A stretch of 64,000 bases of DNA, taken from NCBI GenBank assembly GCA_951406725.2, contig OX597816.1, forward strand, positions 161,262,001 through 161,326,000, given 5' to 3'. A program made the position numbers and the translations under genes. This DNA is from Octopus vulgaris (Eukaryota). Each line of letters starts with the position of its first letter. Position 1 is the first letter of the stretch. Below, one piece after another: positions 50,431 to 64,000 of the stretch. The notes beneath the pieces were generated by a model that ran no database searches, was not told the DNA's origin, and saw only the letters and a program-made list of their open reading frames with translations.

Positions 50431-50559
50431 CAATAATAAAGATGGATGGAATATGTCTATAATCTCTTTGGTCTTGTGTCATGCTCATGCTATGAGATAT
50501 TTTGAGCCCTCAGTAAGTAATGTCATCCTGTTGAAAGTATCATCTTCAGCGTCATTATC

Positions 50560-51180
50560 CTCATTTATCGTTTGTTTTCCATGCTGGCACGGGTTGGATG
50601 GTTTGACAGGAGCTGGCAAGGCTGGGAGCTGTACCAGGTTCCATTATCTGTATTGGCATGATTTCAGTAGCTGGATGCCCTTCCTAATGCCAGTCACTTT
50701 ACAGAGTGTACTGGGTGCTTTTTATATGCAGCCAGCACCAGTGCTTTTTCATGGCACGATCACCAGTGCTTTTTATGTGACATCAGTAACAGGGCTTTTA
50801 ATGTGGCACTAGCACCGACAGGGTCACCAAGTACCTTGCATGGCAAAGCCCCCCCCCCCTCAACTGGCAGGGAGGAGAAGAAGGAGTGGTATTGAATGGG
50901 TGTAGCTTTGTGTCAGTTAAGAGATTTAAGGTATTGAAGGGAAAGATATAGGGGTCTTGCTTTAGTATTGATACATGGATACCCAAAATTGAAAATAAAG
51001 GAGAGTGTGTTAGCAAGTAAGATAAAGAGAGTGTTAGTGAAAGAGATGATGGTGAAAATGTGTCAGGTCATGCCCTCAAGGGGCAATGGGGATGGTGACA
51101 ATAGGTGAGGTAATATAAAGGCTTTGGCTGGGTGAGGCCAGGATGAGGTGACTGTAGCAAATGATGTAGATAAATATATT
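50560..51180 (-). mobile_element. family A long form with purine/pyrimidine-skewed 5' extension
   Basis: Family A body plus ~23-bp units and a GA-rich extension; similar extensions at 20850-21240 and 44700-44880. Confidence 0.6.
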
Positions 51181-51619
51181 TACACTGTTTTCTCTTTTTT
51201 TGTCAGTGTTTGAAAATGTACAGGCACACATTCACAGGCACACGTGCACACACACGCATGCACTCACACGTATGCACACACACACACGCACACACACACA
51301 CACACACGCACGCACACACACACACACATCTATGCATGCATAGTTCCATCTGACTGATGCTGTTGTGGAGAAGGAAAAAGCAGATATTAAAATGATAATG
51401 ATACATATGTACATGTACATACATGCATACATAGACACACACACCCATATATATATATGTATATACATACATATATACACATGCCCCCATATATATATTT
51501 TTGTGTATACATACATACACCCATATATGTATGCACACATACACACCCATATATACACATACATGCATATATACATGCATACATACATACATACATACAT
51601 ACATACATACATACATACA

Positions 51620-51650
<31 letters not shown>

Positions 51651-52424
51651 GTGTGTGTATAAGTATGTGTATATAATGTCTATACTTCTATGAATATATT
51701 ATCTGTGTTTCTCATCTTCTCCTCCCAGTGACCACCTCCTTTGCTCTCTTTCTATTTCTTTCTTAGTTGTTCTATCTATCCATCTTTCTGTCTAGATAGA
51801 TGGATAGGTAGGCAAACAAGCAAACAAACAGACAGACAGAGGATGGATAAACCTGATAGCTAAAATAGATTATTCTATGCCTCTCTATCATGCATGTATC
51901 CTGTCTAACCGACTGTCAACATTCCTCTCACCTTTTCTCCCACTCTCTTTTCCAAATCGTGTTTATTTTGATGTACCCCCTCCCTTTGTTTTATCATATT
52001 TCCCTGTCCTGTCTTGCCCTGCCCTGCCCTGCCCTGCACTGCCCTGCCCATAGCTCACCTATTTCGCTCACAGCATTGTTCCATCTCTGAGCCTGTATGT
52101 CAAAAATAAATATTTCATTAGGCAAGATTTCATTATGAGTTCTGTTGTAAAAATACTGCTGGCTTACACTGGAGGACTGTAGGGTATATTTGTAGTGTAA
52201 TCACAATTACCAATGCAAACTGACAAACAGTATTGATGCTACAACTCACTGAATCATTTATCCTCACTAGATTCAATATCAATTTTTACTATGTTGACTG
52301 GATAAACCTTAGTATAACACTGATGTTGGCATTGGAACTTGTATAAAAAAAAACTATTCTCAGTTGCATCTCATATGTTCAGATAACTTTAAGAATTTTT
52401 TGTCTTTTATTTTCCTGGTTTATT

Positions 52425-52720
52425 CTTATATTCTTTTACTCGTTTCAGTCATCAGAATCATTTATCTTCACTAGATTCAGTATCAGTTGTTGAACTGTGG
52501 CCATGCTTGAGCATCACCTTTAATAGTTCAGTCAAGCAAATCAGGCCCAGTACTATTTTTTTTAAAGCCTGGTATTTATTCTATCAGTCTCTTTTACCTA
52601 ACTGCTAAGTTACAGGGATGTAAACAAAACAACATCAGTTATGAAGCAATGGGTGAACAAACACAAAGATACCCATGCGCGTACACGCAACCACACACGT
52701 ATATATATATATATATATAT

Positions 52721-52762
<42 letters not shown>

Positions 52763-52895
52763 CAGGCTTCCACACAGTTTCTACCTACCAAATTCACTGG
52801 CAAGGTATTGATTGGCCTGAGGCAACAGTAGAACACACTTACCTGAAATATCACCCTGGGACTGAACTTGAAACCACACAGCCAAGCCTGTGCCC
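52425..52895 (-). mobile_element. SINE family B
   Basis: Family B tail, body and head; contains a 31-bp local insertion. Confidence 0.8.
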
Positions 52896-53133
52896 ATGCT
52901 TATTTTTTGGGTTCTGTTTTGTTTTGTATGCATAAAATATGTTTTAAAGGACCAGCCGCATAAGGATCATTCGATCTTGATTTTGTTGATCCTTCTTTCA
53001 GAACCAAACACACACACAAGTTTGACCTCTGTGGTATGGTCTTTGACCTCAGAAGTATGTTACAGTCAACGGGTACTGTTACCCATCTGAGTTTTAGTAT
53101 TGTCTGTGCCATATAATCACCCCCAACTTAATA

Positions 53134-53595
53134 CAGCAGTTACCAAACAATTTAGACATGGAACCCTTGTGCAATTTTTCAAAAACCACTGAGCCTCTGC
53201 CTATATTTAATGGAAAAGCCACCTACCAATACCACTCTAATTTTTGTAAGACATTTCAGAAACAAAAATTGCTTTAGTGCATAAAGTTTTGTCAGTGAAC
53301 AGGTTGCGGTTTCAAAGCAATGAAAATATTTTGACACAAATTAAATTTAAATGTTGAAGTGAATCTTACAGTTTTTTGGATTTTTTTGGTGTGTGTGTGT
53401 GTGTGTGTGTTCTTAAATCGCCTATAAACATCTTCCATGCTACATATAAATTTATTATTGTGAAAATGGCAAATAGCATCTGTTTTATAAAATACATTTT
53501 TATAAAGTTTTATTAAAAGACGTGTTATCTTGCAGAATCCCAGAATTTTTTCTCAGAATCTTGGGGTTCCTTGGAATACACTCTGAGAAACACTG
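53134..53595. mobile_element. degenerate hAT-like MITE
   Basis: Right end CTCTGAGAAACACTG; left end CAGCAGTTACCAAAC; GGAACCC/GGGTTCC subterminal motifs. Confidence 0.5.
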
Positions 53596-53601
53596 CCTTA
53601 A

Positions 53602-54030
53602 CCCTTTTGGTAGCATTACAGCTGAGACTGCTCCTGGTTCTATGATACAAACTCCCTATTTTAAAGTGATATAAATCAAAATCTTTCATCAAAATTTATA
53701 TCCAAAACACCAACTTTATAACTATTTCAAATTTTTGCCACAAGGTCAGCTTGGAAGAAGTGGGGACGAGTTGATTACATTGACTGGTACTTATTTTATT
53801 GACCCTGAAAGGATGAAAGGCAAAGTTGACCTCAGTGGAATTTGAACTCAGAACATAGGAATGGGTGAAATACCATTAAGCATTTCATCCAGCATGCTAA
53901 TGATTCTGCCAGCTCACCGCCTTAAACACCAACTTAATAATGACCAATTTATTATACTAAATTCTTCATTATTTTCAAAATTAATTGAAGAAATGCAGTA
54001 TATTCTAACAAAAATATGCTAACTAAAGGT
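53602..54030. mobile_element. piggyBac-like MITE interrupted by a family C SINE (53722-53923, minus strand)
   Basis: TTAA at both ends; SINE flanked by AAACACCAACTT duplication. Confidence 0.75.
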
Positions 54031-54556
54031 TTAATGTGACAAAATTATTTATGGGAAAAATTATTTTTATGTCTTCATTAAAATCATTACTTTTTTCTCT
54101 TCATGGTGCAGTATCAATCAAATAATAACAGTAATATACTGGGGATAACTCAGTCCACTTTATGACCCAACTCTTCACTCTGTAAAAGTTGACCTTGTGA
54201 AAGAAAAGTCAGGAGATATCATTCTACCTCTTATTTTGACGAAAATTCCTTTTGAGTGAAATGGTTCTGTATATGAATATATATATTTGATGATTTAATG
54301 TGAAGAAATGTTCATAAAATTAATGAACTGGAGCAGAATACATGTCTTTACATATTTTACATTCAAATATTTAGACAGAAGCATGTTTGATGAGAAGCTT
54401 TAGATGTACATCATTTGTTTATTTTTCCATGAATCACCATCGTTATCAACAACAAAAACAATGCTAGCAGCATCATGTTCTTTTTAATGTTGTCTTTTGA
54501 TGTTGTCATAAATTGTATAGATTCTGTTTGTCTGTTTCTCTCACTCTCACTGTCTC

Positions 54557-54610
<54 letters not shown>

Positions 54611-54660
54611 GCAGTGATTTGAATGTAAGGTCATTTCTTTTGTCAAGATCTCTTCCTTAA

Positions 54661-54875
54661 CCCTGTTGTTACTGTATTTCTTATTGAAATACACAGCCCT
54701 TGTTTTAACTAACTTTGAAAATAAGGAGGAATTTAATAAAAGTAATTTTTTCATTATGAATCTGGTGTTTGGAACATAAATTAACATGAAATTTTGATGG
54801 AAGTTTACTTTTATTTAGATCACTTTAAAACAAGATGTTTGTGTCATAAAACCAGGGGTGGGGTTATCAAAAGAG
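54661..54875. mobile_element. piggyBac-like MITE
   Basis: TTAA-CCCTGTTG...CAAAAGAG-TTAA; homologous to 47546-47758. Confidence 0.7.
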
Positions 54876-55417
54876 TTAAGATAAATCCTAACTCTCATTC
54901 AGACTCTTACTTGCCTAATAATCCCCAATTGGTTTTTTTATTCTTAGTTGAATTGATTTTGAGAAAAGAGTAACTCTGCCATGGAATTGAAACTTATGTA
55001 TAATAATAAATGCCAAAACGAATTTCTGTGTGTCAGTGTGTCACACTTTGACCCCCCTCTCACTATTCAGTGACACTTCTACTTCTCTTGCTGGGGTGAG
55101 ATTAATAGTAGGCATAGAGACGGTGAGGGCTGTAGTAAATTGACAGTTGAGATGGTAATGGGGTGATAGTAATAGTATGAGCTGTAGTTGTGATAGACAC
55201 AGCGGCTATGGTGATGATGGTGGTGATGGTAGCTGAGGCGGTCAAGCATGATGGTGATAGTAAGGGATATGAAGGATAGTGGTGATGGTAGTGGAGAGGA
55301 AGGTGGCGAAGTCAAAGGTGTTGATGGTGGTAGCATCAGAAGTCTGAATGGTGTGTGTATGGCAGTTGTGGTGGTGATGGTGGTGGTACTGGTGATGGTG
55401 ACTGTTGAAAACAATCA

Positions 55418-55450
<33 letters not shown>

Positions 55451-57449
55451 AGTTAAACAGAAAAAAATTGTACTGACCCCTGAAGACAAAAAATGTTTAT
55501 CATGAAGCTTTGCAATAAGTTCCAAGTCAACATATTATATCATTGTTTTGACAAAAATTGTTCATTGCTTGAAATATATTGGTCAAGTTTAATAAAATTT
55601 AATATGTACTCAATGCATGAAGTGTCATTATTGGGCTCAAGGCCCAATGATGAGCCCTCCATAGGAGCTAATAGCTAATAAATATACTGCTATGGGAGCC
55701 TCTCCAAGTTTTCTCAACTTGCTAGAAGTAAAGCAAACTTCCTTCAGATCACATCCTACTATCTTAAAATGAAAGGACCCATTGGGCAATAAAGGTTAGA
55801 TATATGAGCACCTTTGATTATGTGTCTGTTCATTCATAGCTTTGATCATGGCTGATGTGGGCTAAGCAACAACGACTGTAAATCTACATAAGCTACAGAA
55901 TGAAGGAAAGATCTTCAAGTGATCACTTGACTAGCTAGTGATGGCAGCCTTCTGTCCTTCATATTATATCCTATCTTCTTGAACAGTGCTAGATACAGTA
56001 CATCTAAAAATAAGATGGGATAGCATGGATGGTATACTTGATCATCTAGAGTTAATCTGGAGATAAACAGCAACCACAACAAATCCACTGCTTACAAATC
56101 CTAAACTGAAATCTGCTCTGGTTTCTCCCTAGTCATTTAGCCTGATGAGACAAAGAACTTAGCTGAAGCTAGAACAGGTAAAATAGGTGCTAGGTATGAG
56201 TGTGTTTCAAGTATTGTTGTTGACTGGATACTTTTATGTAGCATATTGGTAGCCGATGTCCTCAAGCTTGAAAGTACTGGCACTTCTGATGTGCCTTACA
56301 CAGAATTACAATGCATTATGAAACCTGGAACTAAGAACTAAAACCTGAAATGATAGAAAAAATACAAATTATTTTCTGCTTCTTCTGTTTTTTTCCATCA
56401 TCACTTTTTCTTTAACACAGATATCACAAAATACCTTTGACTCTCAACTAACGTTTTTTGAGAACTTAACCTATTTTCTCCTGTGGATGTATTCATCTCA
56501 TTTAACTTCCAAGCTTTACTGTGGCCTTCCAACTGACAAAGGTTTCCAGGTTCAAGATTTTAAAAGAATTTTTAATTTTCCCAATGTGCAAAATACAAAA
56601 ATCAAGTGAACAAAAAGAAAAAGTATATATGAAACAATGCATGCATACAGTTATGGAATAAAGACACACTCTGAACAGAAATTAATCAATGTGGGTGGTC
56701 GCCATGACAGTGAAGGGTGTGTTCCACAGAAATGAACGTGATGCTTTTATTTTATGAACACTATAAAGATCTAAAAGTAGATTAAAAACGAGGAACCTTG
56801 GTTAAAATGAAAGCGAATCATTGTATTAACATTATGCAAATCTATAACAATTCAGAATTTAATGCTTGACTTTCTATTTGAGATTTTCAGTGTCGAATCC
56901 ATTTAAAAATTTATATTTTTGGAAAATTTTATAAGTGAAGCAATTCATATTTTACTGCTCTGCAATCTTTCACCCACATATAGAACATTTAGTGCCATAT
57001 CATATTATATTAGCTTTGCACAGAGATTATATCAATGCCAATAAGGGTTATCCAAGGCGTGGTTATTGCCAGTTGAAAAAAATTAAATTTTCCTATATTG
57101 TATATATTAGGTATCTTAATAATATTTAATGTTACCTGGTTATGAGAACAGTTCTAATTCTTCTGGTAATGTCAGTTGCAACAAATGTTTTAAAATTAAT
57201 TTCAGGAAGTAGAAGAAAAAAAGTCAGTGACTATGACTGACCTTTGTAGATTTTCTCAGACTGGTGAAATTGAGGCAAGTGCATCCAGTAGTCAAGAGTT
57301 GAGGTTTTATACTAATCAGAAGATTGGACACCATTATAGTAGTGGTAAATGAGAGACAGTGAGAAAGAATCAGTGTGTTTGTGTACCACTGCTTGCAGCA
57401 TGTTGGTGAGTGAGTATTAATCAGTCAAGTGTTACTTGTTACTTATATA

Positions 57450-57630
57450 TCCAGACCACTCAGCTGGCAAAAATGAGTAATGTATGTATATAAATATATA
57501 CCAGCTGAGTGGTCTGGAGCAATGTGAAATGAAATGTTTTGCTCAAGAACACAATGCGTTGCCCAGTCCAGGAATTGAAACCACAATCTTACAATCATGA
57601 GTCCAATACCCTAACCACTAAGCCATGTAC
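57450..57630 (-). mobile_element. SINE family D with terminal inversion
   Basis: tRNA-like head on the minus strand (ATGGCTTAGTGGTTAGGGTATTGG...GGTTTCAATTCC); 18-bp inverted repeat at its truncated end. Confidence 0.75.
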
Positions 57631-59994
57631 CTCCCTTACTGGTGATTCCATATATTTCATATGCTATTGCTCTCAGTAAAGCAACAGCTGTGACAGAAGG
57701 AGGTGTGTGCCCAACTTCATAATTAAACTTAAGTATTTAGCCCTCATGTTATCTAAAAATTCTCAAAACCATCTCAAAGATACAGTATAAACTATTTTCT
57801 CAAATTATGAAAATGTACCACCAGAAGTGCATATGGCAGTTGTGTGAAGTTTGTAATGAACCACTGGTGGTACATGTGGCAGTTAATGTGTTAAGATATT
57901 TTGGTATGTGTAGCAGCAGTACTGTACTAGATATATATGAACTGGACTTCATAGTAGATTGCTCTTGCACTTTTAGAGGATCAAAAACTAATTGGAGGTG
58001 ATGTATTCTATGGATCTGAAAAGGAAACTTTGCCTTTGAGATGCTATTTCTTGGCCATAGATTGTGCTATAAATTAAATCTTTATAGCATAGGTTTGTGT
58101 GTTGTTTATGTAAAGAGAGGGTGTGGTGCAATGATGAAGACATTGTGATACTGAAGGAGACAAAATTGTGATGTTTTCATTCATATAATCAAGTGCATGG
58201 CATATCTGGGCTTGAGGTGTTGTGTGGATGATGCTCATGTGCAGAATTTTAAAAGGCAAAAGGTGATAACATCTCTGTAAAAGTAAATATGGTTAGAAGT
58301 AACACCAAGTAGATCATTTAAGATATGTGTGGAAGACATAGCTAGATGTGTGAATACCAAGGGATAGAATATGTGTTGGAGTGATCTCTGCTATGGAGCA
58401 GTATGATGGAAACCTTCTAATCTAACAGATGAGATAAGGCCAGAGCTAGTAGATTGGAAAAATCATTATCCATTATCGTTAGCCATCTGTTTAGGAATTC
58501 CATGGTGTGTTAGTATATGATGCAATTACTAATATACTTTATAACAAATATTCTACATTGATGTGACCCTGAAACGAAAATAATAAAACATCTAACAGAA
58601 AGTTGGCTACAAGAATGCTGTCAGAATTAAATATTTTGTGCACTCTTTGGATCAAAAAAACACACAAAAAAATAAATAAATAACTAAGAAAATGACAGTA
58701 AATGACTGGTTAAATGTAAAGCAGTACCTTGTGGAAAACCAATTCATATAATCAAATAAACATTGTTTGGTGAGTTATAAAGCTAAATAAAGTTTTATAA
58801 CGTTATGTTTCGTGACAAAGTTTTAGAACAGTGTAGTTCACCAAAGGTGTGCAATATATAAAAATAACAATAATTTATAAACTAAATAACAATTTAAAGA
58901 CTTCAGGGACAATAAATATTCTTTCTTCTACAGATAGTAAATAATGATATTAAGTACACAGTAAAGTATATATGAATGCTTTAAACAAAAACAATTTGAA
59001 GAGTATTTAAACATAACAAGATACACTGAAATATCGAAGTCAAGTTATATATGAAATATCACCATGTTATTGTTACTGCTCAACCCTAGATTGGCTCTGA
59101 TCAAGCAGGTCTTTGATCACAATCATTTCCACAAGAGCGTGACCATCCCATCGTTTTCTTTTTTCTATTCTACATTATGTAATGTGACCTTCCTTTATTA
59201 AGACAATTCTTTGGGGGAAATTTAGTTGTCATCTCTTGTAAGTCAAAGCAACCTTGTTGAAGCTTTCTTGTTGGCTTGTATTTCACATAACAGGTTGTAT
59301 TTGGTTAGTTCTGTAACTGAAGATATTTATATGAATTACTGGAAGAAGCTAGGACTGAAATATTAAAAATGAAACATTTCTTTAGCATATAGGAAAACAC
59401 TGATGTACATAGCAAGAAGAAATAGGAATGTGAATTTGATGTTTTTTCCATAAGTATTATCAACATAATACTTAATGTATAAAACTCTATCTAAAACTTA
59501 CAGCATAATACTATCAACATAAAAATATTAATCGTATAATACTTAAGACACTATATCCTCCAAAATTCCATGCTTTCCCAAATTCACCAACATTACTCCT
59601 GATGTACCTATACATCTTTTTTTCTTTGTGCTTCTTTCACTGTTCACTTTCTTTTTTTTTTTCTGTGTTTATTCTGTGTACTGTGCAACTACATTTAGCT
59701 TCCATTGCTGTCTTTCTTTATGTGACTTATTATTGTTTTCTATCTCATCAACTAACCTTTTCCCAACAAGTCGTAGTGCACCTGAGCACTGTATACCTGT
59801 ATACAATCAGCCCATTATTTGACAGAATCACTGGTATGTCAGAAAAGTGGATTAGTAGTATTTCTTCTGGCTCTTTACGTTCTGAGTTCAGATGCTACCA
59901 AGATCAACTTTAGCTTTCATCTATCTGGGATTTATAAAATAAAGTACCAGGAGTTGATGCAATCGATTAACTCACAAAAAAAAAAAAAATGCTG

Positions 59995-60378
59995 GCTTTT
60001 TTATTCTTTTACTTGTTTCTGTCGTTAGACCACGGCCATGCTGGGGCACTACCTTGAAAAACTTTACTTGACTAAATTGACTCCAGTGCTTATTTTTTAA
60101 GCCTGCTGTTTATTCTATCAGTCTCTTTTGCCAAACTGCTAAGTTATGGGGACATAAGCACACCAACACCAGTGGTGGAGAACACACACACACACATGTA
60201 CATATACATATACATATGATGGACTTCTTTCAGTTTCCTTCTACCAAATCCACTCACAAGACTTTGGCCAGCCTGAAGCTATAGTAGAAGATACTTGCCC
60301 AAGGTGCTATGCAATGGGACTGAACCCAGAACCATGTGATTGAGAAACGAACTTCTTACCACACAGCCACACCTACAC
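59995..60378 (-). mobile_element. SINE family B, full length
   Basis: Colinear with 29960-30357. Confidence 0.88.
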
Positions 60379-61164
60379 CATGTAAAATGTGAAATAATTA
60401 TTAATGGTTCTAAGGTTTGAAACCAGGTCACCATTTCACTTCACCAACATTTTCAATTTCTTCTGGTTATTCAGTCACTCTGAAATAAATAATTACCTTA
60501 TTGACCTTTGCAATAATTTCTCAGGGAAATGTCCTAGTCACTGCAAGTTAAATTTTCTGATCTGTCGCGCTTGACCTAAAGTATTTGATGGGCTGTTGAC
60601 TTGGAATTCTGCTTCTAACAGGAAGTGTTTTTTTTTTTTGGTTTTGTTTCTGTTTTCCCTACCATTCACATCCACAGTTTATTTACCCACTCCTTCCTAT
60701 AAAAGACTTTCATTAAAACATATGTACCTCCCCACTTAATATATATATTACACTTAATGTACATTACATGTGAAAATCACACATGTGTGTATATCTGTGT
60801 GTGTGTTTGTGTTGTGTGTGTGCTTGTGTGTGTGTTTTTGTGTGTGTGTGTGTGTGTGTGTGTGCATATATAAATATAGATATGAATACGAATATATACA
60901 CTCAAAGATATATATGCAAATCAAATATATAAAGACCGAATTAATACATATATTATTTACCTTTCTGTATTCATGATCTAGTTCGTGACACTTTCATAGT
61001 TTTTGTGTGTGTGTCTACAGGGTGTTCAATGAATAAGGCTGCATTTATCATATTTAATATCTAAAATGCCTTATCTTTGAATGACTGAACTCCACTGTGC
61101 GTATGTATTGACTTTTTGGTTCATCTATTGAAATATGCTGCCCTTGTTTCAATTAATTCTTTCC

Positions 61165-61345
61165 TTCCTTTTATTTGTTTCAGTCATTTGACTGCAGCCA
61201 TGCTGGAACACTGCCTTTAGTTAAACAAATTGACCCCAGGACTTAGTCTATCAGTCTGTTTTGTCGAACCACTAAGTTACAGGGATGTAAACACACCAGC
61301 ATCAGCTATTAAGCAATGGTGGGGGATAAACACAGACACACAAAT
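61165..61345 (-). mobile_element. SINE family B, 3' half
   Basis: TTTCAGTCATTTGACTGCAGCCATGCTGG...GATGTAAACACACCAGCATC. Confidence 0.85.
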
Positions 61346-61527
61346 ATATATGTATATATATATATATGTGTGTGTGTGTTAGAAGAAATAAGGTACTCAG
61401 AAATCTGGATGGTTTTATATTTACAGATTTTTATTAATATGTCACGTGTTTTTATAAATCATATATTAAGGCTTGCCTCTACTCTAGTAGACTCTCCAGA
61501 TTCAAGACATTTTATTGTTGTCTTGAA

Positions 61528-61585
<58 letters not shown>

Positions 61586-62198
61586 AGAGTGAGAGAGAGA
61601 GAGAGAGCTAGACAAATAGATAGAGATATATATAGATACTGACATACAAATATACATATGTATGCATATATAAATTTATGAGAGAGAGAAATGTACACAC
61701 ACATCACATATGCATGCACACATGTGCACACACACATGTATAAATATGCATACAGTCATTCCTCATTTAGTACCTAAACTTCACCCCATCACTACTCCAA
61801 CTTGGCTCTTCCTTTCACGTTTGTCAAGGTAAGAGGAAACTTTCTAGTAACAGAGTAGATGGAAAATAAATTATCGTAGGTGTTTCCCCAAATTATTTTC
61901 GCTTATGTGTTTGTTACACCAGCTGGCTGTTCCAGTTCCACACATAGAACTGAACTGACACCCATACACAGTTCACGGACACACCCAGAAGCTGTGCCCT
62001 TCCTTAGACTTCCTCATTCCTCTCTACATTCTCTGTGTTAAATACTGCACTTATATCTTTTTTTCTTCATGTTCATCAACTTGTGATTATGAATTGCACT
62101 AGAAAATATATTTAATAAATAGATAAATATATAATTGTGTTAATTACATTGGTCTACTTAAAAAATTGGGTTAAAAAAGAAGTAGATATATATATATA

Positions 62199-62560
62199 TC
62201 ATCATCATCATCATCATCATTTAATGTCTGCTTTCCATACTGGCATGGGTTGGATGGTTTGACTGAGGGCTGGCAAGCCAGGAGGCTGCACCAGGCTCCA
62301 GTCTGATTTGGCAAGGTTTCTACAGCTGGATGCCCTTCCTAACACCAACCACTCTGAGAGTGTAGTAGGTGCTTTTAATGTGTCACTGGCATGGGAGCCA
62401 GTCAGGTAGTACTGGTATCAGCCAGGCTCAAATGGTGCTTTCTGTGTGCCACTGGCATGAGTGCCAGTCAGGTGGCACTGGCATCGATCATGCTCGAATG
62501 GTGCTCTTTATATGCCAGTCTGGTGGCACTGGCATTGGCCATTCTCAAATGGTGCTATGT
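62199..62560 (-). mobile_element. SINE-like family A
   Basis: (CAT)n tail, family A body and three to four internal units. Confidence 0.88.
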
Positions 62561-62635
62561 GTGTATGTGTGTGGAGAGAGAGAGAGAGAGAGAGAGAGAA
62601 GGAAAAATAGATGGACTGACAGACAGAGAGATAGA

Positions 62636-62795
62636 TAGGTGCTTGCATGGTGTGCTTAAGAAACTTGTTTTCCAGCCACATAGTTTCATGTTCAATCTCA
62701 CTGCATGGCACTTTGCATGAGTGTTTTTTACTATTGTCATGAACCAACTTGTGAGTGGAGTTGATAGACAGAAACTGAAAGAAGCCCATTGTATT
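62636..62795 (+). mobile_element. SINE family B, degenerate 5' half
   Basis: CACTGCATGGCACTTTG...GAAACTGAAAGAAGCCCATTG. Confidence 0.7.
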
Positions 62796-64000
62796 TGTAT
62801 GTATATATATATATTTTATCTGTGTCAGTCTCTTGTTACTCACAGTTCCATCTGTATGTGCCTAGGATCTTCAGACAACAAACTAACTCAAACCAAAATG
62901 AAATAATTAATCTCTGTTATGGTATTGAGCACTCTTTCTACCAACAGTCAACGCTAAAATGGTTGCATGTGTGTGTGTGTATATATATGTGTGTACATAC
63001 ACATGCACACTCACACACACACACTAGCACATACAAACACACATGTCTATGTACATATGTGTGTGTGTGTTTATGTCTCTGTCTTGACATTGCATAATTG
63101 TTGTAAATGAGTGTCCTTGTATATGCAAGCATAGAAAAGTGAACATTAAAATGATTATGATGATGTATACAGAGAGAAAGAGAGAGGGAGATAGAGTGAG
63201 AGAGAGAGAGAGAGATCTTTTGAGTTTCGTTATACTTTTCAACTTAATACCTTAAAGCTTGTCCAAGTCTCAAAGGGATTCATACAGCAAACTATCAAGA
63301 AAAGAATTCTTTATCCATTGACAAACACTTAGATTAAATATGACTTAAAAGAATAAATTATGTGTTGCAGCTAATGTCACTTAAGCCTGGCTTGTCTTTC
63401 AGTTCAAAATACAGCATACATACAATCACATCATTCTCTGTCACTCTATCTGTCTGTCCCCTCTTTTCTTTTTCTCTCGTAACTTTAAAGAACTTTAGTC
63501 CTTTCTTGCCTACCTTAAGTGCAGACTGATTAACCATTTTAAAAGTGATTTGGGCATTGTAGGTGTATCCTTGACGTTGTCAATTCTGATATAACAAGGC
63601 CCACTTGTTTGTTCCATTGGAACTTCGGTACTGCCATTAACAAGTGGTTCTGTGGTTTTGAAAACAATACACAGCCTGCAGATTCTTCTGGTTTGATATT
63701 ATGGAACTTTTCTCCTTCCATGTTGAAAGCATATTTTCTGTCAAGTTTGAAAGGCAATTCACTAGGATTAGCATTCTTTGATAGTAGAACAACCATGCAT
63801 GTCAGAAAGCCACCGAGATATCATGATGATTTCTACTGGACCAAAAAAGAAGGTAACCTATTGTTCTACATGTCATTTAGGAAGTCTTGGTAGGGTTGAG
63901 GTTTTGGATTTCATTGTGTTATTTACCCTAGATACCTTCAAAAATTACACCCTTCCTAAAACTCTGGGTCGAATAGAGATGATGGACTGGTCATTTCAAG

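Noticed and set aside
63720-63780. PSELPFKL resemblance to a Helitron Pif1 helicase motif
   Set aside because: The neighbouring diagnostic motifs (QFP, AMTINKSQGQ, HGQLYVA) are absent.

Overview
AT-rich, microsatellite-dense eukaryotic DNA whose repeat repertoire strongly resembles coleoid cephalopod (Octopus-like) genomes; the taxon is inferred from the repeats, not demonstrated. There is no intact protein-coding gene, and almost all listed ORFs are translations of (TA)n, (CA)n, (GAT)n or SINE sequence. The window reads as a large intron or intergenic region. It is filled with at least four SINE-like families, a decayed full-length Tc1 (DD34E) transposon, several MITEs (piggyBac-, hAT-, pogo/Tigger- and Merlin-like) and fragments of RTE, CR1/L2-like, RLE (HERO-like) and Penelope-like (PLE) retroelements. 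The most notable structures are: (i) four minimal type-I hammerhead-ribozyme motifs, two with intact catalytic cores, associated with PLE-like remnants; (ii) a 366-bp near-perfect palindrome with a 16-bp TSD, plus smaller fold-back insertions; (iii) two insertions flanked by ~100-125-bp direct duplications, possibly unusually long TSDs; (iv) a MITE carrying telomeric repeats; (v) a CpG-rich 73-nt intron-like segment next to a candidate exon, and several frame-preserving microexon candidates of an unidentified host gene.
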